Assembly (NCBI GenBank): GCA_023151185.1
Contig: JAKLJL010000001.1
Coordinates: 359,306-423,305, forward strand
Length of the DNA stretch: 64,000 bases
Reading direction: 5' to 3'
Source of the DNA: Bacteroidota bacterium
GTDB lineage: Bacteria > Bacteroidota > JABWAT01
The position numbers and the translations under genes were made by a program. The notes beneath the pieces are model-generated. The model ran no database searches. It was not told where the DNA came from and saw only the letters and a list, made by a program, of their open reading frames with translations. This document shows, one piece after another, positions 51,621 through 60,813 of this stretch. The first letter of the stretch is position 1, and each line of letters opens with the position of its first letter.

Positions 51621-51718
51621 GTTAATCCGGATTTCTATAGAAATCATGTTTCAACATGAAACAAAAATGAATATCTTCGGTAAAAATTTCGTCATCCCAA
51701 ACCTAAAGAAAGAATTCA

Positions 51719-52375
51719 ATGAAAAAACTGATCAATTTCGGTGAAACCGTAGATGGGTATTCAATCCCGGTATTAAATGAAAGAGAAATCAGGGCTGCAG
51801 CCGGTTTATTGTTTCTGATGATGTTTATCACCATCATGATTGTCATTTTCAAGGGGAACTTTACGCCTCTGAAATATGCGACAATTTTGTTTTTGACGGA
51901 TATTCTGATCCGGGTTCTGGTGAATCCGAAATATGCACCTACTTTAATTCTCGGCCGGTGGATTGTCAGAAATCAAACTCCTGAGTACGTCGGAGCCAAA
52001 CAAAAAAAAGTGGCCTGGTGGATCGGGGTTCTTCTTGCCCTGACGATGTTTATCCTTCTGGTAGTTGTTAATTCATACAGCGTTATAACGGGACTGATCT
52101 GTCTGATCTGTCTGATATTTCTGTTTTTTGAATCTGCTTTCGGGATTTGTCTGGGGTGCAAGGCCTATGCTCTGATTTATAAAGATCAGGCACAATATTG
52201 CCCGGGCGAGGTTTGCGATATCAAGTCACGCCATGAAATCCAAAAGTCATCCTGGCCCCAGTTTTTTATTGTTCTTGCCTGGTTTGCCTTTCTGGTTCTC
52301 CTGGTTTACCTGGCAAATGATGCCCTCAGCCAGCCGCCCTTTGACCTGTTCGGACTTGAGCCAGCAGCAAACTGA
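51719..52375 (+). CDS. DUF4395 family membrane protein
   Basis: NEREIRAAAG...ESAFGICLGC motif. Confidence 0.82.
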   Translation: MKKLINFGETVDGYSIPVLNEREIRAAAGLLFLMMFITIMIVIFKGNFTPLKYATILFLTDILIRVLVNPKYAPTLILGRWIVRNQTPEYVGAKQKKVAWWIGVLLALTMFILLVVVNSYSVITGLICLICLIFLFFESAFGICLGCKAYALIYKDQAQYCPGEVCDIKSRHEIQKSSWPQFFIVLAWFAFLVLLVYLANDALSQPPFDLFGLEPAAN

Positions 52376-52378
52376 AGC

Positions 52379-53047
52379 ATGAACGGATTTTCGGACCTGC
52401 CGGATTTGAGTCCAACGATAAAAAGCTGGAATGCACTTTCTGAGGTGTACGCCGACCGGTTTGATGACCTGCCAGCCTATTTTGACTCGTATCAGTATTT
52501 TCTTGACAGGATTCCAGAAGGATCAGACCTGTTCGAAATCGGCTGTGGGCCGGGTACAATTACGCGGTTTATCTCCCGTTCCCGGCCTGACCTTACCCTG
52601 ATTGCAACAGACGCTGCTCCTGCAATGGTTGATCTTGCCCGGAACCGGCTTCCCGGTGCAGAATTCAGGGTTTTGGATGCCCGAAACCTTGATACGGTTA
52701 CCGGTTCATTTTCTGGAATTGTCTGCGGATTCTGTCTTCCGTACCTTAGCCGGGAGGAATCTGCGGCCGCTCTTAAAGAGGCTGCCCGGCTGCTGAACCC
52801 CAACGGGCATCTGTATGTAAGCGTAATGGAAGAAGAGTATTCGAATTCTGCCGTGATTCCGGGAAAGGAGCCCGGTCAGGAAATGGCCGTCTTTTATTAC
52901 ACAAAAGCTGAACTTACAGCAATGCTTACTGAGGCAGGTTTCACCATTCTAAAAGATTTTCGCCTGAATATGGAGGTCAGCCTGCCGCAACCGCCTTCTC
53001 AACTCATCCTCATTGCACAAAAAACAGATAACTTAACCCCTGGCTGA
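52379..53047 (+). CDS. Class I SAM-dependent methyltransferase
   Basis: EIGCGPG, GFCLPYL and LLNPNG motifs. Confidence 0.88.
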   Translation: MNGFSDLPDLSPTIKSWNALSEVYADRFDDLPAYFDSYQYFLDRIPEGSDLFEIGCGPGTITRFISRSRPDLTLIATDAAPAMVDLARNRLPGAEFRVLDARNLDTVTGSFSGIVCGFCLPYLSREESAAALKEAARLLNPNGHLYVSVMEEEYSNSAVIPGKEPGQEMAVFYYTKAELTAMLTEAGFTILKDFRLNMEVSLPQPPSQLILIAQKTDNLTPG

Positions 53048-53060
53048 AAAGGAGAACCTG

Positions 53061-53444
53061 ATGTCTTCACTTAAAAAATCCGTCCTTCCTGTGCTTCTTG
53101 CCACAGTCTGGATCAGTGTTTCAGAGTTTTTCAGGAATGAATTCCTGCTGAAATCCTATTGGGTAGAGCATTATCAGGCGATGGGACTTACCTTCCCGGG
53201 AGATCCGGTCAATGGTGCCGTTTGGGGACTCTGGTCATTCGTTTTCGCCTGTCTGATTTTTGTTCTGGCAAAAAAATTCACAGTCTTTGAAACAGTTTCT
53301 CTGGGCTGGGTTCTTGGTTTTGTGATGATGTGGCTGGTTATCGGGAATTTGCAGGTGCTGCCCTATGGAATTCTGCCGGTTGCGGTTCCGCTGAGCCTTC
53401 TTGAGGTTCTTCTGGCTGTCTGGATTGTTAAGAAACTCTCCTGA
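53061..53444 (+). CDS. Small membrane protein
   Basis: WISVSEFFRNE...NGAVWGLWS; four hydrophobic segments. Confidence 0.7.
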   Translation: MSSLKKSVLPVLLATVWISVSEFFRNEFLLKSYWVEHYQAMGLTFPGDPVNGAVWGLWSFVFACLIFVLAKKFTVFETVSLGWVLGFVMMWLVIGNLQVLPYGILPVAVPLSLLEVLLAVWIVKKLS

Positions 53445-53446
53445 AA

Positions 53447-54037
53447 ATGCCGCATCCGCTTATTGAAGAATTTTTGGCCATTGAACCGCTCAGCGCAGAA
53501 GAAATCGGTGCTATTGAGAGGAGCATGGTGATCCATCGGTACCCGGCAGGCCATTTACTTCTCAGGCAGGGAGAAATTGCAGACCTGTGCTTTTTTGTTG
53601 TTTCAGGATGCATCCGCCAATTTACTGCACAGAACGGGGAGGAAAGAACGACAGCCTTTTTCACAGAGGGAAACTGGGTTGTTTCTCTCGACAGCTTTAC
53701 CCGGAAGGTCCCGGCTACCCATTCCTGGCATTGTATTGAAACTACCGAAGTTGTGGTGGGGAATGAGCAACGGGAATCCGATCTGCTGAATCAGCATCCA
53801 GGATTAGGAGAAATTGCCCGGAAAGTGGTAGAAAGACTGCTTGCCGCCAACCAGCAGGAGACTGAGCGGTATCTCGTTTCGACACCGGAACAGCGATACA
53901 CTTTTCTTTTAACTGAACGCCCTGACCTGATCAGCCGGGTTCCCCAGTATTTTCTGGCCAGCTACATCGGGGTTCAACCTGAATCACTCAGCAGGATTCG
54001 CCGCCGGATTTCTTCTGTCAAAACGGAGAAAAGTTAG
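53447..54037 (+). CDS. Crp/Fnr family transcriptional regulator
   Basis: cNMP-binding fold plus VPQYFLASYIGVQPESLSRIR HTH. Confidence 0.9.
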   Translation: MPHPLIEEFLAIEPLSAEEIGAIERSMVIHRYPAGHLLLRQGEIADLCFFVVSGCIRQFTAQNGEERTTAFFTEGNWVVSLDSFTRKVPATHSWHCIETTEVVVGNEQRESDLLNQHPGLGEIARKVVERLLAANQQETERYLVSTPEQRYTFLLTERPDLISRVPQYFLASYIGVQPESLSRIRRRISSVKTEKS

Positions 54038-54618
54038 GAGACTGGGTGCTCTGATGCCCGGGCTGAGTTAAGGCCCCGGAACATCAGGAAAATTCCAAAA
54101 GACAGCTCAAATAACCCGCCTGGAATAGCAGGCCATAACCCGGTCTGAATTCCTGCCAGCTCAACCAAGCAACTGGTGCCGAGAACACCATATCCGGCAA
54201 GCCCCCAAAAGCCCAGCCATTTCGGGATTTCCTTCAGTCGGGTAAGGAACACCAGCAGGGGGAGGCTGCTGCCAGATAATGCCAGCATTGCAGAGAAATA
54301 AAAAAACCGGCTTGTGTCCGGTAAGGACCCGGAGGGTTCAGGATTCCCGGTAAAAAGCAGCCCTGCTGCAAGCAGGAGTCCCTCTGCAACTCGTCCGGAA
54401 AGGTAACTCCAACAAATACGTTTATTTTTATTTTGGTAAAGTTTAAAAAATAGCCAACCGATTCCTATCACGGTCAGACTGTTCAGACTCACCAAAACCT
54501 GACCCAGGAACCTGAATTCAGGCGTAGTTTTAAGGAAATAATCGCCGGCACCATATAAAAAAAACGGCAGAATGAAAAATAATCCAATCCAAAATGAAAC
54601 TTTTCTTATATTGAGCAT
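54034..54618 (-). CDS. DUF4386-like membrane protein
   Basis: IPKWLGFWGLAGY...PGGLFELSFGIFL..G; start taken at MLNIRK. Confidence 0.72.
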   Translation of the reverse strand: MLNIRKVSFWIGLFFILPFFLYGAGDYFLKTTPEFRFLGQVLVSLNSLTVIGIGWLFFKLYQNKNKRICWSYLSGRVAEGLLLAAGLLFTGNPEPSGSLPDTSRFFYFSAMLALSGSSLPLLVFLTRLKEIPKWLGFWGLAGYGVLGTSCLVELAGIQTGLWPAIPGGLFELSFGIFLMFRGLNSARASEHPVS

Positions 54619-54674
54619 TCCAAACCTCTGTGATTGATGAATTGCAAAGTTGGCTAACGGAAAGAGACTGATCA

Positions 54675-54688
54675 TTGATCCGGGTTAA
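54675..54688 (-). promoter_or_regulatory. Crp/Fnr-type palindromic site upstream of the DUF4386 gene
   Basis: TTAAC-CCGG-ATCAA, 22 nt before a CAACTTTG -7-like element on the minus strand. Confidence 0.5.
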
Positions 54689-54694
54689 GAAATA

Positions 54695-55261
54695 ATGAAA
54701 GGCGAAAAAATGATTCTGAACTATGCGATTGGAATTTTACTGGTCACCGGTTCCTGCCAGCAAATGAGCCAGGTAAAGGTGGATCCGAATGCAGGCTGGA
54801 ATGGCGGATTTGAAACGGTAAAAGATGGACTGCCGGTTAACTGGCTGGTCTATACTGCTAAAACTGCCGGATCCGGAGAGTTCGATATAATACCCGAAAC
54901 CGGCGGTTCCCCTGAAGGAACCCATCACCTGCGGTTCTCTGTAAAATCCTGCTCAGCAGCAGGCGGCAGACTAAGTCCGGGAATTGCACAGGAACGGCCG
55001 GCCAGGCCGGGTGCCATGTACCGGGTAACCTGTAAAGTGAAAAATTCAGGAACTGCCTTCAGAATTCTTGCCGGAGGAGTTGGTGCGAAAACCGGAGAAG
55101 TTAAAATCGTTGATGAAAGCAGATTGAGTGACTCTGAGTGGCGTGCAGTCAGTTTCAACGTTCCGGTTGGAGCCGAATTTGAACGCCTCAGGCTTGAGGT
55201 TTCTGTTCTTTCACCCGGGACTTTTCTCATAGACGACATTCTGGTTCAGGAATTGAACTGA
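54695..55261 (+). CDS. Lipoprotein with CBM4/9-like galactose-binding fold
   Basis: VTGSC lipobox; NGGFE...NW...FLIDDI pattern. Confidence 0.65.
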   Translation: MKGEKMILNYAIGILLVTGSCQQMSQVKVDPNAGWNGGFETVKDGLPVNWLVYTAKTAGSGEFDIIPETGGSPEGTHHLRFSVKSCSAAGGRLSPGIAQERPARPGAMYRVTCKVKNSGTAFRILAGGVGAKTGEVKIVDESRLSDSEWRAVSFNVPVGAEFERLRLEVSVLSPGTFLIDDILVQELN

Positions 55262-55421
55262 TTTTTTCAGGAAAGGTGCCGGAGGTTCAGATTCCGGCCC
55301 CTTTTCACTTACCCTGTCTGTGTTCCTGCCTTTAAATTCCCCTAAAAAAAACCGTCCGCTTGAATCCGGTTTCCCTTTCTCCTACCTTGATTTCAGATCA
55401 ACCCTTGACTATCAGGATTTT

Positions 55422-55865
55422 ATGGACGAATTCATGCGTGAGGCCATTAACCAGGCCCGGAAAAGCTTGTCGGAAGGGGGAATCCCCATCGGTTCTGTTT
55501 TGGTTCGCAATGGAAAACAGATTGCAGCCGGGCATAACAAGCGGGTACAGGAAAACAATCCCATTCTGCACGGTGAAATGGATTGTCTGAATACTGCCGG
55601 CCGACAGGGATCCTTTAAAAACACAGTTATCTATTCGACTCTGATGCCCTGTTATATGTGTGCCGGAACCATTGTCCAGTTTAAAATACCAAGGGTCATT
55701 GTTGGGGAATCCAAAACATTCAGCGGTGCCCGTGAGTTTATGGAACAGCACGGAGTAGAGGTCATTGACCTTGACCTTCAGGAATGTACCTCGATGATGA
55801 CTGAATTTATTCAGGAAAATCCGGATCTTTGGAATGAAGATATCGGGGAAACCGAAGAACCGTAA
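55422..55865 (+). CDS. Cytosine/nucleoside deaminase (Fcy1-like)
   Basis: EGGIPIGSVL, HGEMDC, PCYMC and WNEDIGE motifs. Confidence 0.9.
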   Translation: MDEFMREAINQARKSLSEGGIPIGSVLVRNGKQIAAGHNKRVQENNPILHGEMDCLNTAGRQGSFKNTVIYSTLMPCYMCAGTIVQFKIPRVIVGESKTFSGAREFMEQHGVEVIDLDLQECTSMMTEFIQENPDLWNEDIGETEEP

Positions 55866-55921
55866 CCTACACCTGCCGGATTCACCTGCAGATGAGCCGG
55901 AAGCATCCTTCAAAAATCCAA

Positions 55922-58147
55922 ATGAAAAAATACCAGTTTTTTTTCCTGACCTGTTTTTCACTGATAGTAAGTTTATCCGGAATTCTGAATCCTGCCACCG
56001 GGTTTGCCCAGAACCTTACTGAGGTCCGTCTTCAACTGAAATGGAAGCATCAGTTCCAGTTTGCCGGCTATTATGCCGCAATTGAGCAGGGATATTACCG
56101 TGATGCGGGTCTTCATGTTTTATTACAAGAAGCCAAAGAAGGTGAAAACCCGTCTGATGCTGTTTTTTCGGGACTGGCTGATTTTGGCGTGTGCACTTCG
56201 GAAATTCTGCTCAAAAAGGCAGAAGGAAAATCACCGGTTCTTCTTGCTACCATTTTTCAGCATTCCCCTCTGGTTCTTGTCGCATCAGCTAAGGCAGAAA
56301 TCAATCATGTTCAGGATCTCGCCGGTAAAAAACTGGCTCTTGAGCCCAATTCGGCTGACATTATAGCCTATTTGAATGATGAGGGAGTATCCTTAACCCA
56401 ATGTAAGTTATTTGAACATGAGTTTAATGTAAACAATCTACTTTCCGGTGAAGTTGACGCAATTTCGGCCTATCTGACTGATGAACCTTTTTTGCTGAAA
56501 GAAGCGGGTTTTGACTTTTACCTGATTAAGCCGGTTATGGGCGGAATTGATTTTTATGGGGACGGATTGTTTACCACCCGGGAGTTTCTGGAAAAAAATC
56601 AGGACCTGGTTCGCAGATTCAGAGAAGCATCCCTGAAGGGCTGGGCTTATGCGATGGCGAATCCCGAAGAAATTGCCAAATTGATTTACACCACCTACAG
56701 CCAGCGGCACAGTCTGGATCATTTGGTTTATGAAGCAGACCGGATGAAGAAACTGATCATGAACGATGTGGTCGAGATCGGGTATACCAATCCGGGCCGG
56801 ATGGAATCCATAGTGGGTACCTATCAGAAAGTCGGGATGCTGAATCCGGATTTTTCGCTGGAAGGAGTCCTGTATTCAGATTATCTCGAAACAGACACTC
56901 CGGTTAACTGGCGGGTACTCGGTCCGCTGATTCTGATTTTAATTGCGGTCGTATTGACTGCAGCATTTTTTTACCGGCTGTCGAGAAATTTAAAAAAGGA
57001 AATCTCCAGCCGAATTGCAGCCGAGTCGGAACTCAGAAAAAGTGAATCCAGGCTCAGAACCCTTTCACTTGCAATAAATCAAAGTCCGGTGACGATTCTG
57101 ATTACCGACATGGCGGGCAATATTGAATTTGTAAATCCCTGGTTTACTGAAACCACCGGTTACCGGTATGAGGAAGTTGCCGGAAAAAACCCCAGGTTTC
57201 TGAAACCGGGAACCGAATACGGACTGAATTTCAAGGAGATGTGGGATACCATTCTTTCCGGCAAAAGCTGGACGGGAGTTTACCAGAACAGAAAGAAAAA
57301 CGGGGACTTATTCTGGGAATCTGCCATCATTTCACCGGTAAAGGACAAGTCAGGTGAAATCACCCATTTTCTTGCGGTCAAAGAGGACATCACCCAGAAA
57401 AAGGAAAGGGAAGAGGAAATCAGGAGAAAGAACGAAGAGCTTTCAAGGCTGAATGCTGAAAAAGATAAGTTTTTTTCGATTATTTCTCATGACCTCAGAA
57501 ACCCGTTCAACGGATTTCTGGGGTTGACCAACCTGCTTCTGGATGAATTTTCTGCACTGAGTGAATCAGAAATCAAACAGTATATTACCGATTTGAATCA
57601 GTCGGCAGGGACGTTATATCTGTTGCTTGAAGATTTATTGGCGTGGGCCCGGATACAGCAGGGCCTGATGCCGTTTTCGCCTGTTCCACTTGAGCTTAAA
57701 CCGGTTGCGGGGAAAAGCCTTGCGATCCTCAGCGAAACGGCCCGTCTGAAAAAGGTCACGGTTGAAAACTCTATTCCTGACGGATTAATTGCTTCTGCCG
57801 ATCAGAATATGCTTCAGGCCGTCTTTTCGAACCTGATCACGAATGCTGTTAAATTCACTCCCCAGGGCGGGAAAGTCACCCTGAGTGCTGAGACCTGGGA
57901 GAATGAAGTTACCGTTTCGGTGAAAGATACCGGAATCGGAATGTCTGAAAAAGTTTCTTCCGGACTGTTTTCTCTCTCAGGCACGGCTGGACGTACTGGT
58001 ACAGACGGCGAACCCGGAACGGGCCTCGGGCTGATCCTTTGCCGGGAATTTATTGAAAAACACAACGGGAAAATCTGGGTTGAATCACGTGAGGGGCACG
58101 GATCCAATTTCAAATTCACTTTGCCGGTCCGGCCTGTCTCTTCATGA
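55922..58147 (+). CDS. Sensor histidine kinase with NMT1/THI5-like periplasmic binding domain and PAS
   Basis: LQLKWKHQFQFAGYYAA, one TM segment, PAS, SHDLRNP, NAVKFT, DTGIG, GTGLGL. Confidence 0.9.
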   Translation: MKKYQFFFLTCFSLIVSLSGILNPATGFAQNLTEVRLQLKWKHQFQFAGYYAAIEQGYYRDAGLHVLLQEAKEGENPSDAVFSGLADFGVCTSEILLKKAEGKSPVLLATIFQHSPLVLVASAKAEINHVQDLAGKKLALEPNSADIIAYLNDEGVSLTQCKLFEHEFNVNNLLSGEVDAISAYLTDEPFLLKEAGFDFYLIKPVMGGIDFYGDGLFTTREFLEKNQDLVRRFREASLKGWAYAMANPEEIAKLIYTTYSQRHSLDHLVYEADRMKKLIMNDVVEIGYTNPGRMESIVGTYQKVGMLNPDFSLEGVLYSDYLETDTPVNWRVLGPLILILIAVVLTAAFFYRLSRNLKKEISSRIAAESELRKSESRLRTLSLAINQSPVTILITDMAGNIEFVNPWFTETTGYRYEEVAGKNPRFLKPGTEYGLNFKEMWDTILSGKSWTGVYQNRKKNGDLFWESAIISPVKDKSGEITHFLAVKEDITQKKEREEEIRRKNEELSRLNAEKDKFFSIISHDLRNPFNGFLGLTNLLLDEFSALSESEIKQYITDLNQSAGTLYLLLEDLLAWARIQQGLMPFSPVPLELKPVAGKSLAILSETARLKKVTVENSIPDGLIASADQNMLQAVFSNLITNAVKFTPQGGKVTLSAETWENEVTVSVKDTGIGMSEKVSSGLFSLSGTAGRTGTDGEPGTGLGLILCREFIEKHNGKIWVESREGHGSNFKFTLPVRPVSS

Positions 58148-58746
58148 CCCTGAAAGATCATTTGCTTTACAAAAACCTGGAACGGGTTCTCGGTGATTCC
58201 CTCAGCGAGCCGGAATTCAGCCGGTTTCTCTCGGTTTTTGTCCCGAAAAGTTTTGACAGGAAATGCCTTTTAACCGAGGAGGGAAGTACCTGCAGGTACG
58301 TTTATTTTATCCTGAGTGGTTCTGCCTGCAGTTATTATGTGAATGAGGAAGGTGAGAAGCATGCTATACAGTTTGCTCTTGAAGGATACTGGATAACCGA
58401 TCATTACTCATTTTTTTCGGGCCGTCCCGGTCTTTATACCATCGAAACCCTTGAACCTGTTGACCTGCTGATGATTAACCGGGACAATTTCGAGTCGTTA
58501 TGCCAAAGCAGTCATCAGTTTGAGCATTTTTTCAGGATTCTGATACAAAATGCCTTCACGGCGCTTCAGTACCGGTTGGCCAAAACCAATGCTGAAGAGG
58601 CAGAAAGCCGCTATGTTGAGTTTGCAAAATCGTATCCGGCCTTTGTTCAGAGAATTCCGCAGTATTTAATTGCCTCTTATCTTGGAATCAAGCCCCAGTC
58701 GCTCAGCCGCATCAGGAAAGACCTTTCCGGTAAAAACCATCCCTGA
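58144..58746 (+). CDS. Crp/Fnr family transcriptional regulator
   Basis: IPQYLIASYLGIKPQSLSRIR HTH. Confidence 0.9.
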   Translation: MTLKDHLLYKNLERVLGDSLSEPEFSRFLSVFVPKSFDRKCLLTEEGSTCRYVYFILSGSACSYYVNEEGEKHAIQFALEGYWITDHYSFFSGRPGLYTIETLEPVDLLMINRDNFESLCQSSHQFEHFFRILIQNAFTALQYRLAKTNAEEAESRYVEFAKSYPAFVQRIPQYLIASYLGIKPQSLSRIRKDLSGKNHP

Positions 58747-58754
58747 TTCCGATC

Positions 58755-58768
58755 TTCACCTATGTGAA
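58755..58768 (+). promoter_or_regulatory. Crp/Fnr-type palindromic site upstream of yceI-pirin
   Basis: TTCAC-CTAT-GTGAA, 22 nt before GATCTTTG. Confidence 0.55.
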
Positions 58769-58830
58769 TGAACCCGTTTTTCCTTTGCCGGATCTTTGTT
58801 CTATCAAAACAAATCAAAAAGGAAACAAAC

Positions 58831-59364
58831 ATGTCAGCATTACAAACCTGGAACCTGGATCCGGCACACAGCGAAATCATTTTTAAAGTCAAGCACCTGA
58901 TGATTACGAATGTCAAAGGAGAATTCAGAACCTTTTCCTCTCAGATCATTTCAGAAGGGTCCGATTTCAGCAAGGCAAAAATTTCTTTAAAAATTGACAC
59001 TTCTTCGATTTTCACCAATCAGGAAGACCGGGATAATCACCTTCGCAGTGCCGATTTCTTCGAAACTGAAAAATATCCGGAACTGGTTTTTGAGGGGACT
59101 TCCTTTTCCAGACTGGATGATGAAAATTACAAACTGAAGGGAAATCTGACCATGAAAGGGGTGACCCGTGAGGTAACTCTGGACGTGGAATTCGGCGGGT
59201 TGATGAAGGATCCCTGGGGAAATGAAAAAGCAGGATTTTCTGTCACAGGAAAACTGAACCGGAAGGACTGGGGCTTAAACTGGAATGCAGCTCTTGAAGC
59301 CGGAGGCGTTATGGTGAGTGAGGAAGTGAAAATCCAGGCAGAAGTGCAGTACATTAAAGCCTGA
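58831..59364 (+). CDS. YceI family protein
   Basis: WNLDPAHSEI.FKVKHLM, RDNHLRSADFF, NRKDWGL. Confidence 0.92.
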   Translation: MSALQTWNLDPAHSEIIFKVKHLMITNVKGEFRTFSSQIISEGSDFSKAKISLKIDTSSIFTNQEDRDNHLRSADFFETEKYPELVFEGTSFSRLDDENYKLKGNLTMKGVTREVTLDVEFGGLMKDPWGNEKAGFSVTGKLNRKDWGLNWNAALEAGGVMVSEEVKIQAEVQYIKA

Positions 59365-59415
59365 ATAATTTCCGGGAAGGGCAAGTTGCCTTTCCCGGAG
59401 AGTTGAGGAGAAGAA

Positions 59416-60126
59416 ATGAAAACAGTTTTTCATTCGGCAGAATCCCGTGGTTTTGCAGATCATGGTTGGTTGAAAAGTCACCATACCTTCAGCTTTGCAG
59501 GGTATTACCATCCCGGGCGGATGAATTTTGGGGCACTCAGGGTACTGAATGATGACATTGTGGCTGCCGGAATGGGGTTTGGAACCCATCCGCATGATAA
59601 TATGGAAATCATTTCCATTCCGCTGGAAGGGGATCTGGAGCACCGTGACAGCATGGGGAACCTGGCGGTAATCCGGAACGGTGACATTCAGGTTATGAGT
59701 GCTGGAACCGGGATCCGTCACAGCGAATACAATAAAAACACAGATCAGCCGGTAAAATTTCTTCAGATCTGGGTCATTCCTGATCAAAGAAATGTCAATC
59801 CGCGGTATGACCAGGTGAGCCTTGACCCAAAAGACCGGCATAACCGGCTTCAGCAGATTGCTTCACCTGATCCAACCGGTGACGGCGTTTGGTTTCATCA
59901 GCAGGCCTGGTTTTTTCTCGGGCAGCTTGACCGGGGTTTTCAGGAAACCTACACCCTGAAAAAACCGGGTAACGGTATTTACTTTTTCGTTCTTTCAGGA
60001 AAAATAACCCTTGCAGGTCAGGAACTTTCTTCCCGGGATGGACTTGGCGTTTGGGAAACGTCTGAAGTTCACCTGACTGCAGAATCTGAGTCATCACTTC
60101 TGATCATGGAAGTCCCGATGCTGTGA
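59416..60126 (+). CDS. Pirin family protein (YhhW-like)
   Basis: HGWLKS.HTFSF, GFGTHPH.NMEI, MSAGTGI.HSE. Confidence 0.92.
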   Translation: MKTVFHSAESRGFADHGWLKSHHTFSFAGYYHPGRMNFGALRVLNDDIVAAGMGFGTHPHDNMEIISIPLEGDLEHRDSMGNLAVIRNGDIQVMSAGTGIRHSEYNKNTDQPVKFLQIWVIPDQRNVNPRYDQVSLDPKDRHNRLQQIASPDPTGDGVWFHQQAWFFLGQLDRGFQETYTLKKPGNGIYFFVLSGKITLAGQELSSRDGLGVWETSEVHLTAESESSLLIMEVPML

Positions 60127-60270
60127 GCGGGCCGGGACTTTTTTCCTCCGGCACTGACCGGCAACGTATTTTCATCCTTTCTGACTCCAATAAAACGAAT
60201 TTGCCCGGAAATTTGTTATAACTTAAACCGGCATTTAGTCGTAAAAGTATGATTTTACAGGAGATATCAG

Positions 60271-60813
60271 GTGGAATCCCGAAAACTGACTTTGTTTATC
60301 GCCATGAGCCTGGATGGGTTTATTGCTACCAAAGAAGATGATCTTTCGTTTTTATCAGCAGTTGAACAAGCTGGAATTGATTACGGATATTCAGCATTCA
60401 CATCCGGAACTGACACGGTAATCATGGGCCGGCGGACTTATGATAAAGTCATGACATTGGTTGATCAGTTTCCGCATTCTGATAAGGAAACCTACATTAT
60501 TACACGGTCAGCCCGGCCGCCGGAGGGAAACATCACCTTTTACACAGGAAATCTGAAAGACCTGATCACGACCCTAAAATCCAGACCGGGGAAAACCATT
60601 TATTGTGATGGTGGTGCAGGCCTTGCTGCTGAACTTCTCCGGCAGGATCTTCTGGATGACCTGATCATTTCCCTCATTCCGGTTCTGCTGGGTGATGGGA
60701 TCCGGTTATTTCCCGGCGGGCTTCCTGAACAGTCGCTTGAATTTATCTCCAGCCAGACCTGGCCCAAGGGTCTTGTTCAACTGCATTATACCAGAAACCG
60801 GAGCAGGAAATGA
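60271..60813 (+). CDS. Dihydrofolate reductase-like (RibD C-terminal) protein
   Basis: IAMSLDGFIA, MGRRTY, DGGA and PVLLGDGIRLF motifs. Confidence 0.9.
   Translation: MESRKLTLFIAMSLDGFIATKEDDLSFLSAVEQAGIDYGYSAFTSGTDTVIMGRRTYDKVMTLVDQFPHSDKETYIITRSARPPEGNITFYTGNLKDLITTLKSRPGKTIYCDGGAGLAAELLRQDLLDDLIISLIPVLLGDGIRLFPGGLPEQSLEFISSQTWPKGLVQLHYTRNRSRK

Noticed and set aside
60271-60813. Trimethoprim-resistance dfr partner to the sul-like gene
   Set aside because: RibD C-terminal/DHFR-like family with host-like composition, 30 kb from the cassette array.
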